64,000 nt of DNA from an uncultured bacterium (GCA_934644775.1 CAKUDB010000008.1:10459-74458); one strand, 5' to 3'. Counted from the first letter of the stretch, positions 48,170 to 57,168 are shown. A program made the numbers and translations. Notes: generated by a model not told the origin, from the letters alone.

Positions 48170-48883
48170 TTATTTTTCTTCAGCAACGATTACTTCTTCG
48201 TTACTTAAAGCCATATTATAAAAAGCCGCTAAGACTCCGCCAATTAGGGGGGCGATAATAAAAACCCAAACTTGAGCTAAAGCTTGGCCTCCTTTAATAC
48301 AGGCCGGAGCTAAACTGCGAGCCGGATTGACCGAAGTGCCGGTTAAAGGTAAGCCGACGATATGGACGACTATTAAACATAAACCTATAACTAAACCAGC
48401 CACATTGGCATACTCAGGTTTGGCAGTAACAAATAGTACAGTAGAAACGAAACAGAATGTAAGTACAACTTCAGTTAAGAAGGCTATAGTAGCGCTAATT
48501 TTGGCGTTGCTGGCATCTTCAAAGCCGTTACAACCAAAGCCTCCGTTGGCCACCCCCAAAACCTCATGGCTACCTATAATAGCATACAAGAGGAAAGCTC
48601 CCACAAAAGCGCCCATAACTTGAGCAACCATATAAGCGATAAAATCTTTAGTTTCCATGCGCCCCTGAATAATCATGGCCAAGGAAACTGCTGGATTGAG
48701 ATGGCAACCTGAAACCGGGCCAATCGAATAAACCATGGCCATAAGTACCAAGCCAAAAGCCACAGCCACCCCCAAATAACCGCAACCCACACTGGAGGTA
48801 GGGACTTTGTGTAAAATGGCGGCACCGCAGCCAAAAAAGACCAACATAGCCGTACCCATAAATTCAGCTAGATATTTTTTCAT
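48170..48883 (-). CDS. aqpZ: Aquaporin Z
   Basis: Two NPA boxes (HLNPAVS, SVNPARS) and six hydrophobic segments. Confidence 0.9.
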   Translation of the reverse strand: MKKYLAEFMGTAMLVFFGCGAAILHKVPTSSVGCGYLGVAVAFGLVLMAMVYSIGPVSGCHLNPAVSLAMIIQGRMETKDFIAYMVAQVMGAFVGAFLLYAIIGSHEVLGVANGGFGCNGFEDASNAKISATIAFLTEVVLTFCFVSTVLFVTAKPEYANVAGLVIGLCLIVVHIVGLPLTGTSVNPARSLAPACIKGGQALAQVWVFIIAPLIGGVLAAFYNMALSNEEVIVAEEK

Positions 48884-48903
48884 AGAGCAACCTCTCCGTC
48901 TGT

Positions 48904-51624
48904 CTAAATATAGTTATCGTTTTGCAAATAAGAAGTCCACAATAATTGCAAAGATTTGCGCAAAAATTCGTCTTTGGCTTGTAAATCAGCATATAAGGCA
49001 CAGAAGCCCTCTTGGGCCAAAATATTGTAGTCGGAGCGCATACCGGCAAATAAACGGGCCAAGCCGTAAGAAGCCTCAGTTATGCCGACAGACTTAGCAG
49101 CAAATCTGTTGGCATCTCCGTCTAATATTGACGTAAAGGGACGCCTAGCAAACAAAAATTCTTTTAAAAGCAAGAAAGGTTCATAATTGGTAATTCGATA
49201 CAAACGGGTAATCGTTTCTGGTATCTTTCGGTAAAGATTGGGAGTATCGGCATCGTAATTGCTAACAACTTTAAGCCAAGGCTCAGCAGCTTCTGTGCCA
49301 CTTTCGACACACATTTTTACTACCGTTTCAAGCAATTTGCACATCATGGTATCGTTTAAGGATAAGCGAGAATACCAAAGTTGCGTATGATTATGGTAAA
49401 GTTGGAAACATTTACGCAAGATAATAAATTGTTGTTCAGCTGGCGTAAGCTGAGCCATCTTGGCATGTAAGATAAAGATCTTACCTTTTTCAAAATTAAA
49501 AGCCTTAATAAAAAATTGCTCTTGTCCGTTGTAATAGCGCAAATCAACATCGGCAAATTTAAAAATACGCGCATTTAAGCGTCCGAAAAGTTCGGCAGGC
49601 TTAAAATTGAAAGGAATAAGTTCAGCTCCTTCAATTATACTATTGAAGCGTTCAGGCCAAGCGGCAGGCTCAATGGCAGCCTCAGGAAAAAGCTTGTTAA
49701 GGATAAAGTCGACCACCTTGCCAGCACTATCCTGGCTATGGTAGCGCTCCATATCGACTGGAGAAATTTGTACAGGTCCCAAAGGTACTAAACTTTCGAT
49801 CTTATCTTCTACAGCTTTGGCTTTATCTTTACTCTCAAGATAGAGCGCCTCAATCATGTCCAAAACTGGTTTATATTTTTTGTTGACAGGATTCTTGGCT
49901 TGCTCAAAAAGTTCGTCAAAAAGTTCGGGACAAGTAGTTATCTCTCGCAATGATTCGACGGTATTATCAATACTAGCGGAAGTCACCCCCACTTTTAATA
50001 AGTAATAATGCAAAGCAGCATCATCGGGAGACTTTACCGATATAGAGGCGGCTAAACGAAGAAACTTGCGAGCGGTAATCGGATATTGGGCGCAAACTAA
50101 AGCCAAAATAAAGAGCACCTTTTTGAGCTTAAGCTCAGAATTGTCGGCAGCCATTTTATTGACGATAGCCTGAACCATATCTTTAGCATAGTTTTCCCAG
50201 TAGTTGGTACGGAAACTGTCATAAAGCAAAGGTAAGCCAGCCTTATAGGCGTCTTCCCAGCGAGCCATATTGATGTAATTATGTAAAATAGCCAAATTGG
50301 GTTGTAAAATATAGCTATCTTGTTTAAGCAATCGGGCCAACTTAGCTAAAGCTAAATCGTATTCGCCATTTTCTGAAAGCTCGAGGCTGGCTTTCACCTC
50401 GTCGAGCACTTGTTGGTCATCGCTGATAGTAAAATGGATATCTTCACCTAATTGGTGAAGCAACTCCAAAGGCGAGAGCTTTTCTGCTCCTTCTGTTTGC
50501 TCGACAATATCGCTTATCGCATCTAATTTATCAGCTAAAGCCGCCTCAAGAGTTAGTTCCAAACGATCTTTAAGCCTGCCGTCAGCAAACATGGGCAACT
50601 TGAGTTTACTATTATTGACAATAGGCTCTTCCTCAAGTTTATCGGCAGCGGGCTCGGTAGCCACTTGGGCAGCAGCTTCGGCGGCAGACTCGGTAGCAGC
50701 AGGTTCTATACTGGCGGAAATTTCCTCAGTGGCAGGCGCTATTAAATTCGGCTCGGCCGCAGCCGGGTCAGGCTTATCGGAATTATCCTCAGAGCTAGAG
50801 GCAGAGTCAGATGAAGGCAACGCTTCAACCGCCACCGTAGCTTTGGCACCAGTCTTTTTCAAGCGTCGCCCGCCGCCAGTTCCTTTTAATCCTTTAGGGC
50901 CACGCCCGGCAGAGATAGAAACTTTCACGAGCTCTCGCAAAGCCGCTTTGGGATCGGCATGTTTAAGCGGCCTTTTAGGTTGGGAGGCAGGCCCGGAGGT
51001 AGGCTGGGCAGCAGCTTCAGCGGTAGGCTCGGCGGCGGCTTCGGCAGCAGGCTCGGCAGCAGCTTCGGCGGTAGGCTGGGCAGCAGCTTCAGCGGTAGGC
51101 TCGGCGGCGGCTTCGGTGGCGGACTCGGCAGCGGCTTCGGTGGCGGACTCGGCAGCGGACTCGGCAGCGGCTTTGGCGGCAGGCTCGGCGGCGACTTCGG
51201 CGGCGGCTTCGGTGGCGGGCTGGGCAGCGGCTTCGGTGGCGGGCTGGGCAGCGGCTTCGGTGGCGAGCTCAACAATGCCGAGCAACTTGGTAAGCTGGCC
51301 GTAATATTGGGCGTATAACTGGGGAGCACATTCTTTCAAGCTGCCGATAGCGGCCACACAGAGACGCTCTATTTTACTCGAGCGCTGCTCTAACTCGGCA
51401 AGTTGGCCTTTAAGCTCTTTGAGCGTTGCATTAGTAGTTAGAGCCCGCTTACGCCAATCGGCGCATTCAGACTTGAGCACACTATTTGCGCCGCGAGCCG
51501 CTTCCAATTCTTCTCGGCTGCCATTATCTACGCTTAAATTCTGTAAAAAAAGATCGGTAGCTTCGACAATACCTTCAAAATGTTCGCGCAAACTAGCGAC
51601 TAAAATCTGACGTTCATCTGCCAT
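48904..51624 (-). CDS. Large hypothetical protein: N-terminal coiled coil, A/E/P octapeptide repeats, TPR-like middle, unknown C-terminal domain
   Basis: A 906-aa uninterrupted ORF that ends 20 nt before the aqpZ start. I could assign no domain with confidence. Confidence 0.75.
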   Translation of the reverse strand: MADERQILVASLREHFEGIVEATDLFLQNLSVDNGSREELEAARGANSVLKSECADWRKRALTTNATLKELKGQLAELEQRSSKIERLCVAAIGSLKECAPQLYAQYYGQLTKLLGIVELATEAAAQPATEAAAQPATEAAAEVAAEPAAKAAAESAAESATEAAAESATEAAAEPTAEAAAQPTAEAAAEPAAEAAAEPTAEAAAQPTSGPASQPKRPLKHADPKAALRELVKVSISAGRGPKGLKGTGGGRRLKKTGAKATVAVEALPSSDSASSSEDNSDKPDPAAAEPNLIAPATEEISASIEPAATESAAEAAAQVATEPAADKLEEEPIVNNSKLKLPMFADGRLKDRLELTLEAALADKLDAISDIVEQTEGAEKLSPLELLHQLGEDIHFTISDDQQVLDEVKASLELSENGEYDLALAKLARLLKQDSYILQPNLAILHNYINMARWEDAYKAGLPLLYDSFRTNYWENYAKDMVQAIVNKMAADNSELKLKKVLFILALVCAQYPITARKFLRLAASISVKSPDDAALHYYLLKVGVTSASIDNTVESLREITTCPELFDELFEQAKNPVNKKYKPVLDMIEALYLESKDKAKAVEDKIESLVPLGPVQISPVDMERYHSQDSAGKVVDFILNKLFPEAAIEPAAWPERFNSIIEGAELIPFNFKPAELFGRLNARIFKFADVDLRYYNGQEQFFIKAFNFEKGKIFILHAKMAQLTPAEQQFIILRKCFQLYHNHTQLWYSRLSLNDTMMCKLLETVVKMCVESGTEAAEPWLKVVSNYDADTPNLYRKIPETITRLYRITNYEPFLLLKEFLFARRPFTSILDGDANRFAAKSVGITEASYGLARLFAGMRSDYNILAQEGFCALYADLQAKDEFLRKSLQLLWTSYLQNDNYI
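50995..51264. repeat. Tandem 24-nt coding repeats (about 11 units) encoding (A/T)EAAA(Q/E)P(A/T)-type octapeptides
   Basis: Repeated gcagcNgcttcNgcggNaggctNggc units are visible on the + strand. They correspond to aa 121-210 of the 906-aa protein. Confidence 0.85.
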
Positions 51625-51860
51625 ATCAGCAACTCCAAACGATTTTTTTATTAGGCTTTACCGCCCCAAAGACAGGGTGACAGAATTGGCTAAAATAACT
51701 GTTTTTACCTGCTTCTAAAGGCCAATGCGCTTTGTGATTAGGAAGTAATTGGCGGCAATTATACCTTAAAAACCAACACTAGAATTTGTCTGCCTTATCG
51801 TTATGTGCTATCATTGGCGGCAACACCAAACTAGGAGCCTTTCCCCGGGCAACAGAACAT

Positions 51861-52445
51861 ATGAATGACGCTTTAGCATTTTTATGCGAATTTTTAAGGA
51901 AACCGACTCAAGTAGGGGCTATTTATCCTAGCTCGCAGGAACTGGCCAGAGAGATTGTCACTCAAGCCAACGTAGAACAAGCCAAAGTGATCGTTGAGTT
52001 TGGAGCCGGCACAGGCGTATTTACCAGAGAAATTATAAAACGCAAACCCGCAGAAGCCTTTTTTTTCTCTATCGAACAAAATAAATCACTCGTAGAAGTG
52101 CTTAAACGCGAATTACCTGGAACTGATATATGTTGTGATTCGGCAGCAGAGCTTCCCCGCCTTTTGCAAGAGCGCCACCTCCAAAGTGTCGACGCCATAG
52201 TGAGCGGACTCCCTTGGGCGGCTTTTGACGAGCAATTGCAAGATTTACTATTGGCTCCAATTCTGCGATACTTGCAACCCGGAGGCAAATTTGTTACTTT
52301 TGCCTATCTCCAAGGCTTACTGCTGCCAGCAGGCCACAGATTTGCCAAAAAAATCCGCTCAAAATTTGCTAGAGTAGAAAAATCGCGTATAGTTTGGGGT
52401 AATTTACCTCCAGCTTTTGTCTATATTTGCACTAAAGAAAAGTAG
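51861..52445 (+). CDS. Class I SAM-dependent methyltransferase (COG3963-like)
   Basis: FLRKPTQVGAIYPSSQELA followed by VIVEFGAGTGVFTREI (motif I). I prefer the ATG at 51861 over the TTG at 51786. Confidence 0.75.
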   Translation: MNDALAFLCEFLRKPTQVGAIYPSSQELAREIVTQANVEQAKVIVEFGAGTGVFTREIIKRKPAEAFFFSIEQNKSLVEVLKRELPGTDICCDSAAELPRLLQERHLQSVDAIVSGLPWAAFDEQLQDLLLAPILRYLQPGGKFVTFAYLQGLLLPAGHRFAKKIRSKFARVEKSRIVWGNLPPAFVYICTKEK

Positions 52446-52475
52446 CTATAAATTTGCGACCAATATACCATACAT

Positions 52476-52660
52476 AAGAAAAAGCCCTCGCAGTGTCAGT
52501 CGAGGCACAAAACACCACCAGAGCTTTTTTCGTTATAGTTGCGCAGAGGTCGCGGGGTCGACACATTCGCCCGCGTGTCGATGGGTAGCCGCCAGAGGTT
52601 TCACTCCCTGAACAAACTACCAAGTTGGCATTGTTTGTTCGCCCGTGCGCTCCTCTGCCC
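52476..52660 (-). ncRNA. Candidate structured small RNA of unknown class (four-helix junction plus intrinsic terminator)
   Basis: A GC-rich island in AT-rich spacer. Four helices are readable by eye. Two A-C mismatches on the + strand become G-U wobbles on the minus strand. On the minus strand there is a downstream GCCUCG/CGAGGGC hairpin followed by UUUUUCUU, and an upstream TATACT. No ORF with an RBS. Confidence 0.45.
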
Positions 52661-52853
52661 TAACAGTATAACAAAATAACGCCTAAAGTGCTATAGTTTT
52701 AGGCTCTTACCAAGCTATTCAAATAAAAAAATAGTAACGGCAGCAGACATAAATATGAGGGAACAGGAAAGGAACAGGCTTTTAACGTAGTCACCCGAGA
52801 TTGTGGTATCTAATTTTAGATTTGGCAAGTTCAATCTTATGGAGGCCAATTTC

Positions 52854-54926
52854 ATGGAAAACAGCAGCTCAAAGCGAATCTTGATATTAGAAGATCAAGA
52901 TGCCAGTCAAAGGCTTATTTGCCGCTATCTTGAGGACAAAGTTTTTGAAACCGTAGCTGCTGATTCTGGCAGTGAAGCTCTAAAAATTATGGAAGAGCAA
53001 CCTGTCGAAGTGCTAATTATGGAAACTCTGACCCCAGATACGGGTGGTCTAAATTTCCTAATTGACCTTAGAAAGCGCCTAAACTTAGCAGAACTCCCCA
53101 TTATTGTTGTCTCTTCTCAGGGAGAGTATGCCGACAAAGTGGCCGCCTGGAATGCCGGAGCCAATTATTACATAATTAAACCTGCTGGTGCAGAAGAACT
53201 TATTGCCAAGGTAAACCTTTGCTTATCTTTACACGACGCTTATAATAAATTGCATATCCAAGAAGAGCGTTTAAACCTAGCAGTCAAAGCCATTAACGGC
53301 GGCGTTTTCGATTGGGATATTCAAACTAATTCTATTATCAATTCCCCCAAAGTATACGAGCTTTTGTGTATAGAGAAAGATTTAGCTGCTCAAGCTACTC
53401 CCCAAGACTGGTTTAAAGCCATACACCCTGAAGATTACGCCACTGTATCAGCCAAGATCAAAGAACATCTGGAAGGCCAAACTCCCTACTTGGAAGTACA
53501 ACATCGCGTCATACGTCCAGATGGTACTCACCGTTGGGTTTTGGTACGAGCTATAGCCGTAGACGACAGCCATGGTAGAGCTCAGCGTTTAGTAGGCATT
53601 ATCAGCGATATAAGCAACTCGTCTTCTTATGATAGCGTAACCGGTTTGCCTGGTCGTCACGTATTTTACGATTTGCTAGAAAGGGCTATGGTACGCTCAA
53701 TTCGCAACGAGAAGTATCTTTTCGGCCTCTTAAACGTAACCGTCCACGATCTTGACCAACTTAAGACTAGTTTTACCGACAGGGAGATAGAAGAGGTTTG
53801 GTCAGCTATCAGCAGGCGCTTGCAACTTTCTTCCCGCGCTTCCGATCTAATTTCCAGAATTGAGCATAATCGTTTTGCCATTCTCTTAGATGATTTGCGC
53901 GAAGTTAGTGACGCTTTGCGCGTAGCTAACCGTATTTCCAAATCGTTGGCTAATCAATTGCACCTCCTGGAGGGGCGAATTAAGGTCAATATTAGTATAG
54001 GCGTAGCTGTATCTTGCGACAATTACGAATCTCCCGAGAGCTTGCTAGACGACGCTTACCAAGCTTCCCTATTAGCTAAAACTTTAGGTGAGAATAAAGC
54101 TCTCATGTGCAACGATAAACATCAAAAGTATTCTCAAGAGCGCCTCACTCTCGAGCAAGAGCTTTATGATGCAGCAGGCGGACGTCAATTTATTCCTCGG
54201 TATTTGCCTATTGTCGATAAACAATATGGCACTATCAAGGGGGTGGAAGTTCTTTTGCGTTGGCGCCATCCTAGCGGCAAAACTCTTATTCCAGAAGAGT
54301 TCCTCGACCTTTGCGATCGCGATCAGCTTATGTTACCTATAGGTTACGAGCTTATCAAAGCTTCTCTTGAGCAAATGAAAAAGCTCAACATATTGAATCC
54401 TCTGCCCCAAGATTTTACTATCAACTTTAATGTTAGCACTCGTCAGTTCTATGATAGCGATCTCCTAGATAATATTTTGCTCAGCTGTCAAGACTTTAAG
54501 TTTGCTCCCGAGCGCATTCGCTTAGAGGTGGGTGAAGATACTCTAGTTAAAGATTTAGCCAAAGCTAAACAAATTATCGATAACTTTGCTAAACATGGTG
54601 TAGGCTGTATTTTAGATCGCTTAGGTAGCGCTTATTTGCCTATGTGCGATATGTTGGATTTAACCTTAAAAGCTGTTAAAAGTAATTATTGGGATCTTAT
54701 TTCCGAGCAACGCAGCGATGAATTAAAAGAGCGCTATGCTAAGATGTGCTTAAAAACTTCCGATTTTTTGGGCTGTCAGTGCATTATTAACGGTATCAAT
54801 AATAAAGAGCAATCCGAATATATGGCTAAAATTGGACTGAATATGCAGGAAGGATACGCCTTTGGGCGTCCTTTTAACTTGCGCGGTCTCGAAGTTTTAG
54901 CTGAAAATGGCTATAAACTGGACTGA
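52854..54926 (+). CDS. REC-PAS-GGDEF-EAL signalling protein with degenerate receiver, GGDEF and EAL motifs
   Basis: The ATG at 52854 has GGAGG 9 nt upstream. REC (ILILEDQD ... IIKP), PAS (HPEDY ... HRVIRPDGTHRWV), GGDEF-like (SRIEHNRFAILL) and EAL-like (GVEVLLRW ... QEGYAFGRP) regions. Confidence 0.85.
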   Translation: MENSSSKRILILEDQDASQRLICRYLEDKVFETVAADSGSEALKIMEEQPVEVLIMETLTPDTGGLNFLIDLRKRLNLAELPIIVVSSQGEYADKVAAWNAGANYYIIKPAGAEELIAKVNLCLSLHDAYNKLHIQEERLNLAVKAINGGVFDWDIQTNSIINSPKVYELLCIEKDLAAQATPQDWFKAIHPEDYATVSAKIKEHLEGQTPYLEVQHRVIRPDGTHRWVLVRAIAVDDSHGRAQRLVGIISDISNSSSYDSVTGLPGRHVFYDLLERAMVRSIRNEKYLFGLLNVTVHDLDQLKTSFTDREIEEVWSAISRRLQLSSRASDLISRIEHNRFAILLDDLREVSDALRVANRISKSLANQLHLLEGRIKVNISIGVAVSCDNYESPESLLDDAYQASLLAKTLGENKALMCNDKHQKYSQERLTLEQELYDAAGGRQFIPRYLPIVDKQYGTIKGVEVLLRWRHPSGKTLIPEEFLDLCDRDQLMLPIGYELIKASLEQMKKLNILNPLPQDFTINFNVSTRQFYDSDLLDNILLSCQDFKFAPERIRLEVGEDTLVKDLAKAKQIIDNFAKHGVGCILDRLGSAYLPMCDMLDLTLKAVKSNYWDLISEQRSDELKERYAKMCLKTSDFLGCQCIINGINNKEQSEYMAKIGLNMQEGYAFGRPFNLRGLEVLAENGYKLD

Positions 54927-54965
54927 TTTATTAAATTAGCTACCTAAAGATATACATATATATAT

Positions 54966-55904
54966 ATGAGTGAACAAGAACTTATTTTAGCCAATCGCCT
55001 CCGTAAGCGATTTAAACATTTTTCCAAATGGGCCCGCCGTCAGAATATCAGTTGCTTTAGGGTTTATGATCATGATATTCCGGAGTTTCCCGTTATTGCC
55101 GACTATTATGAAGGCCAAGTGGCTCTCTGGATTTCCGATCGCACTCGCGACGATTCTCAGGAAGCTCGCCAAGCTTTCCGACAAGAGGCAATAAGGCAAA
55201 CTTTAATCGGTTTAGATCTGAAGGAAGACCATCTTTTTGTCAAGGATCGCCGTCCCGGAGGCCAATATAGACGGCGTAGCCAAGATAAACACGAATTTAT
55301 AGTTCATGAAGGCGGCCATAGCTTTTTAGTTAATTTAAGCGACTACCACGATACCGGACTTTTTTTAGATCATCGTCGTACCCGAGCTCTGGTAGCGGCT
55401 CAAAGCCAAGGGAAAAAGGTACTCAATCTTTTTTGTTATACAGGGAGCTTTACTGTCTATGCCAGCGCTGCCCAAGCTGCCAGTACAGTTTCTGTAGATC
55501 TTTCCGGCCGCTACCTCGACTGGTTGGAGCGCAATTTACAGCTCAACAATTTACAAGATAAGGATAATACCCTGATTGAAGATGACGTAGCCTGTTGGCT
55601 TGAAGATGCTGTCAGAGAAGGAGAGCATTTTGATCTGATAATTTGTGATCCGCCTACCTTTAGCAATTCTAAAATGACTGCTGGTATCTTTGAAGTAGGT
55701 AAAGATCATGTTAAATTGCTTGAAAATTGTCTGAAGCTTCTCTATCCAGGAGGCAAACTCTATTTTAGTACTAATAAACGCAATTTTACTATGCAGGAAA
55801 TCGTCTATCCCCATATGAGCTGGCGGGAAATAACTTCCCAGACAATCTCTCCCGATTTTGCAAATTCTAAAGCTCATCGCTGTTGGCTTTTTGAGCTTAA
55901 CTAA
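54966..55904 (+). CDS. rlmK: 23S rRNA methyltransferase, RlmK-like (homologous to the C-terminal half of E. coli RlmKL)
   Basis: ANRLRKRFKHFSKWARRQNISCFRVYDHDIPEFPV, NLSDYHDTGLFLDHR, LNLFCYTGSFTV and FDLIICDPPTFSNSK closely parallel the RlmKL m7G module as I recall it. Confidence 0.75.
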   Translation: MSEQELILANRLRKRFKHFSKWARRQNISCFRVYDHDIPEFPVIADYYEGQVALWISDRTRDDSQEARQAFRQEAIRQTLIGLDLKEDHLFVKDRRPGGQYRRRSQDKHEFIVHEGGHSFLVNLSDYHDTGLFLDHRRTRALVAAQSQGKKVLNLFCYTGSFTVYASAAQAASTVSVDLSGRYLDWLERNLQLNNLQDKDNTLIEDDVACWLEDAVREGEHFDLIICDPPTFSNSKMTAGIFEVGKDHVKLLENCLKLLYPGGKLYFSTNKRNFTMQEIVYPHMSWREITSQTISPDFANSKAHRCWLFELN

Positions 55905-55921
55905 TTTTCCCCAACCGATCT

Positions 55922-55964
55922 AAAAAATAGCGCCAGAATGATATTATTCCGGCGCTATTTTTTT
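55922..55964. terminator. Bidirectional Rho-independent terminator between rlmK-like and trpS
   Basis: 8-bp stem, ATAGCGCC (55927-55934) with GGCGCTAT (55951-55958). A6 upstream and T7 downstream. Confidence 0.8.
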
Positions 55965-55988
55965 ATTAAAAGCCAAAGGCTCCAACTA

Positions 55989-57050
55989 TTATTTTAGCAA
56001 ATTGTTGCCTTCGAAATAATCAATTTTCATAGCATGGCGCACAGCTCGCAAAGTTTCAGCAGCTTTCTTCTGAGCCTTCTCACTACCTACACGCAAAATT
56101 TCATATACTTCCGGTAAACGTTTTTCCCAAGCTTGGCGACGTTCACGAATAGGCTTAAGCTCGGCTTGCATGACATTGTTGAGGAACTTCTTAACCACTA
56201 CATCACCTAAACCGCCACGCTCGTAGTGAGCTTTCAGTTCGGCTAAATTGGCGTATTCTGGCAAAAACTCAGCGAAATATTCATCGCGACAAAAAGCATC
56301 CAAGTAAATAAATACCGGATTACCTTCAGTATGGCCAGGATCTTCGCGACGTAAATGGGTAGGATCAGTAAACATAGACATTACTTTTTTGCGAATCTCT
56401 TCCGGCTCTTCGGAAAGATAGATACAATTGCCCAGCGATTTACTCATTTTAGCTTTACCATCAATGCCAGGTAAACGCAAACAGGCTTTATTGGAGGGCA
56501 AAATAATTTGCGGCTCTACCAAAGTTTCGCCATAAACAGTATTAAACTTGTGAACAATCTCCCGACACTGTTCTAACATGGGAAGCTGATCTTCGCCTAC
56601 AGGCACAGCTGTAGCCTGGAAAGCGGTAATATCAGAAGCTTGGCTAATAGGATAGCAGAAAAATCCTACCGGAATGCTAGCTTCAAAATTGCGCATTTGG
56701 ATCTCTGCTTTAACGGTAGGATTGCGCTGTACTCGCGAAACGGTCACTAAGTTCATATAATAGAAAGTGAGTTCCGTAAGCTCAGGAATCATAGACTGAA
56801 TGAAAATAGTGGATTTTTCCGGATCGAGACCACAAGCCAAATAGTCTAAAGCCACTTGCATAATGTTCTGACGCACTTTTTCTGGGTGCTCAGCATTATC
56901 AGTTAAAGCCTGAGCGTCGGCAATCATAATATAAATTTCATCAAAACGCCCAGAGTTTTGCAATTGGACACGCTCTTTCAAAGAGCCTACGTAGTGGCCC
57001 ACATGAAGACGACCGGTAGGACGGTCGCCCGTTAGAATAATCTGTTTCAT
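55989..57050 (-). CDS. trpS: Tryptophan--tRNA ligase
   Basis: GDRPTGRLHVGHYVG (HIGH-type) and KMSKS motifs. I prefer the ATG at 57050 (MKQIILTG), with GGAGGAG upstream, over the 18-aa longer track start. Confidence 0.9.
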   Translation of the reverse strand: MKQIILTGDRPTGRLHVGHYVGSLKERVQLQNSGRFDEIYIMIADAQALTDNAEHPEKVRQNIMQVALDYLACGLDPEKSTIFIQSMIPELTELTFYYMNLVTVSRVQRNPTVKAEIQMRNFEASIPVGFFCYPISQASDITAFQATAVPVGEDQLPMLEQCREIVHKFNTVYGETLVEPQIILPSNKACLRLPGIDGKAKMSKSLGNCIYLSEEPEEIRKKVMSMFTDPTHLRREDPGHTEGNPVFIYLDAFCRDEYFAEFLPEYANLAELKAHYERGGLGDVVVKKFLNNVMQAELKPIRERRQAWEKRLPEVYEILRVGSEKAQKKAAETLRAVRHAMKIDYFEGNNLLK

Positions 57051-57168
57051 TTTTATAACTGCTCCTCCGCTAAGCTGGACAGCTCTAAAATATAAGCCAA
57101 CCATACTTTCGGAAATAAACTAGTGAAAATCGGGATCCTGGTTGTTTGGTTGCTAAAGCTGGTTTTCC

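Noticed and set aside
50591-51329. Three additional long ORFs (237 aa +, 134 aa -, 119 aa +) overlapping the 906-aa gene.
   Set aside because: They coincide exactly with the GCN-rich 24-nt tandem repeats. The periodic composition suppresses stop codons in several frames. They have low-complexity A/S/G/P translations and no RBS, and are nested in a much longer coherent ORF.
52417-52623. ORFs of 64 aa (+) and 63 aa (-) in the spacer downstream of the methyltransferase gene.
   Set aside because: Both lie on the GC-rich helical region. They lack an RBS and mirror each other on opposite strands. A structured RNA explains them better.
52476-52660. Attempted assignment of the structured RNA to known classes: SRP, 6S, RNase P and tmRNA; FMN-like (CAGGGAGUGAAAC…GGCGG…CCCGCGA); SAH-like (GAGGAGCGC); c-di-GMP-I/II; cobalamin; SAM-I; lysine.
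   Set aside because: Only short fragments resemble the conserved cores as I remember them. The defining elements are missing, namely GGAAGCAGC for SRP, the second half of the FMN aptamer, the 3' GCGCUC pseudoknot partner for SAH, and the B12 box. There is also no downstream gene on the RNA's strand. A covariance-model scan is needed before naming it.
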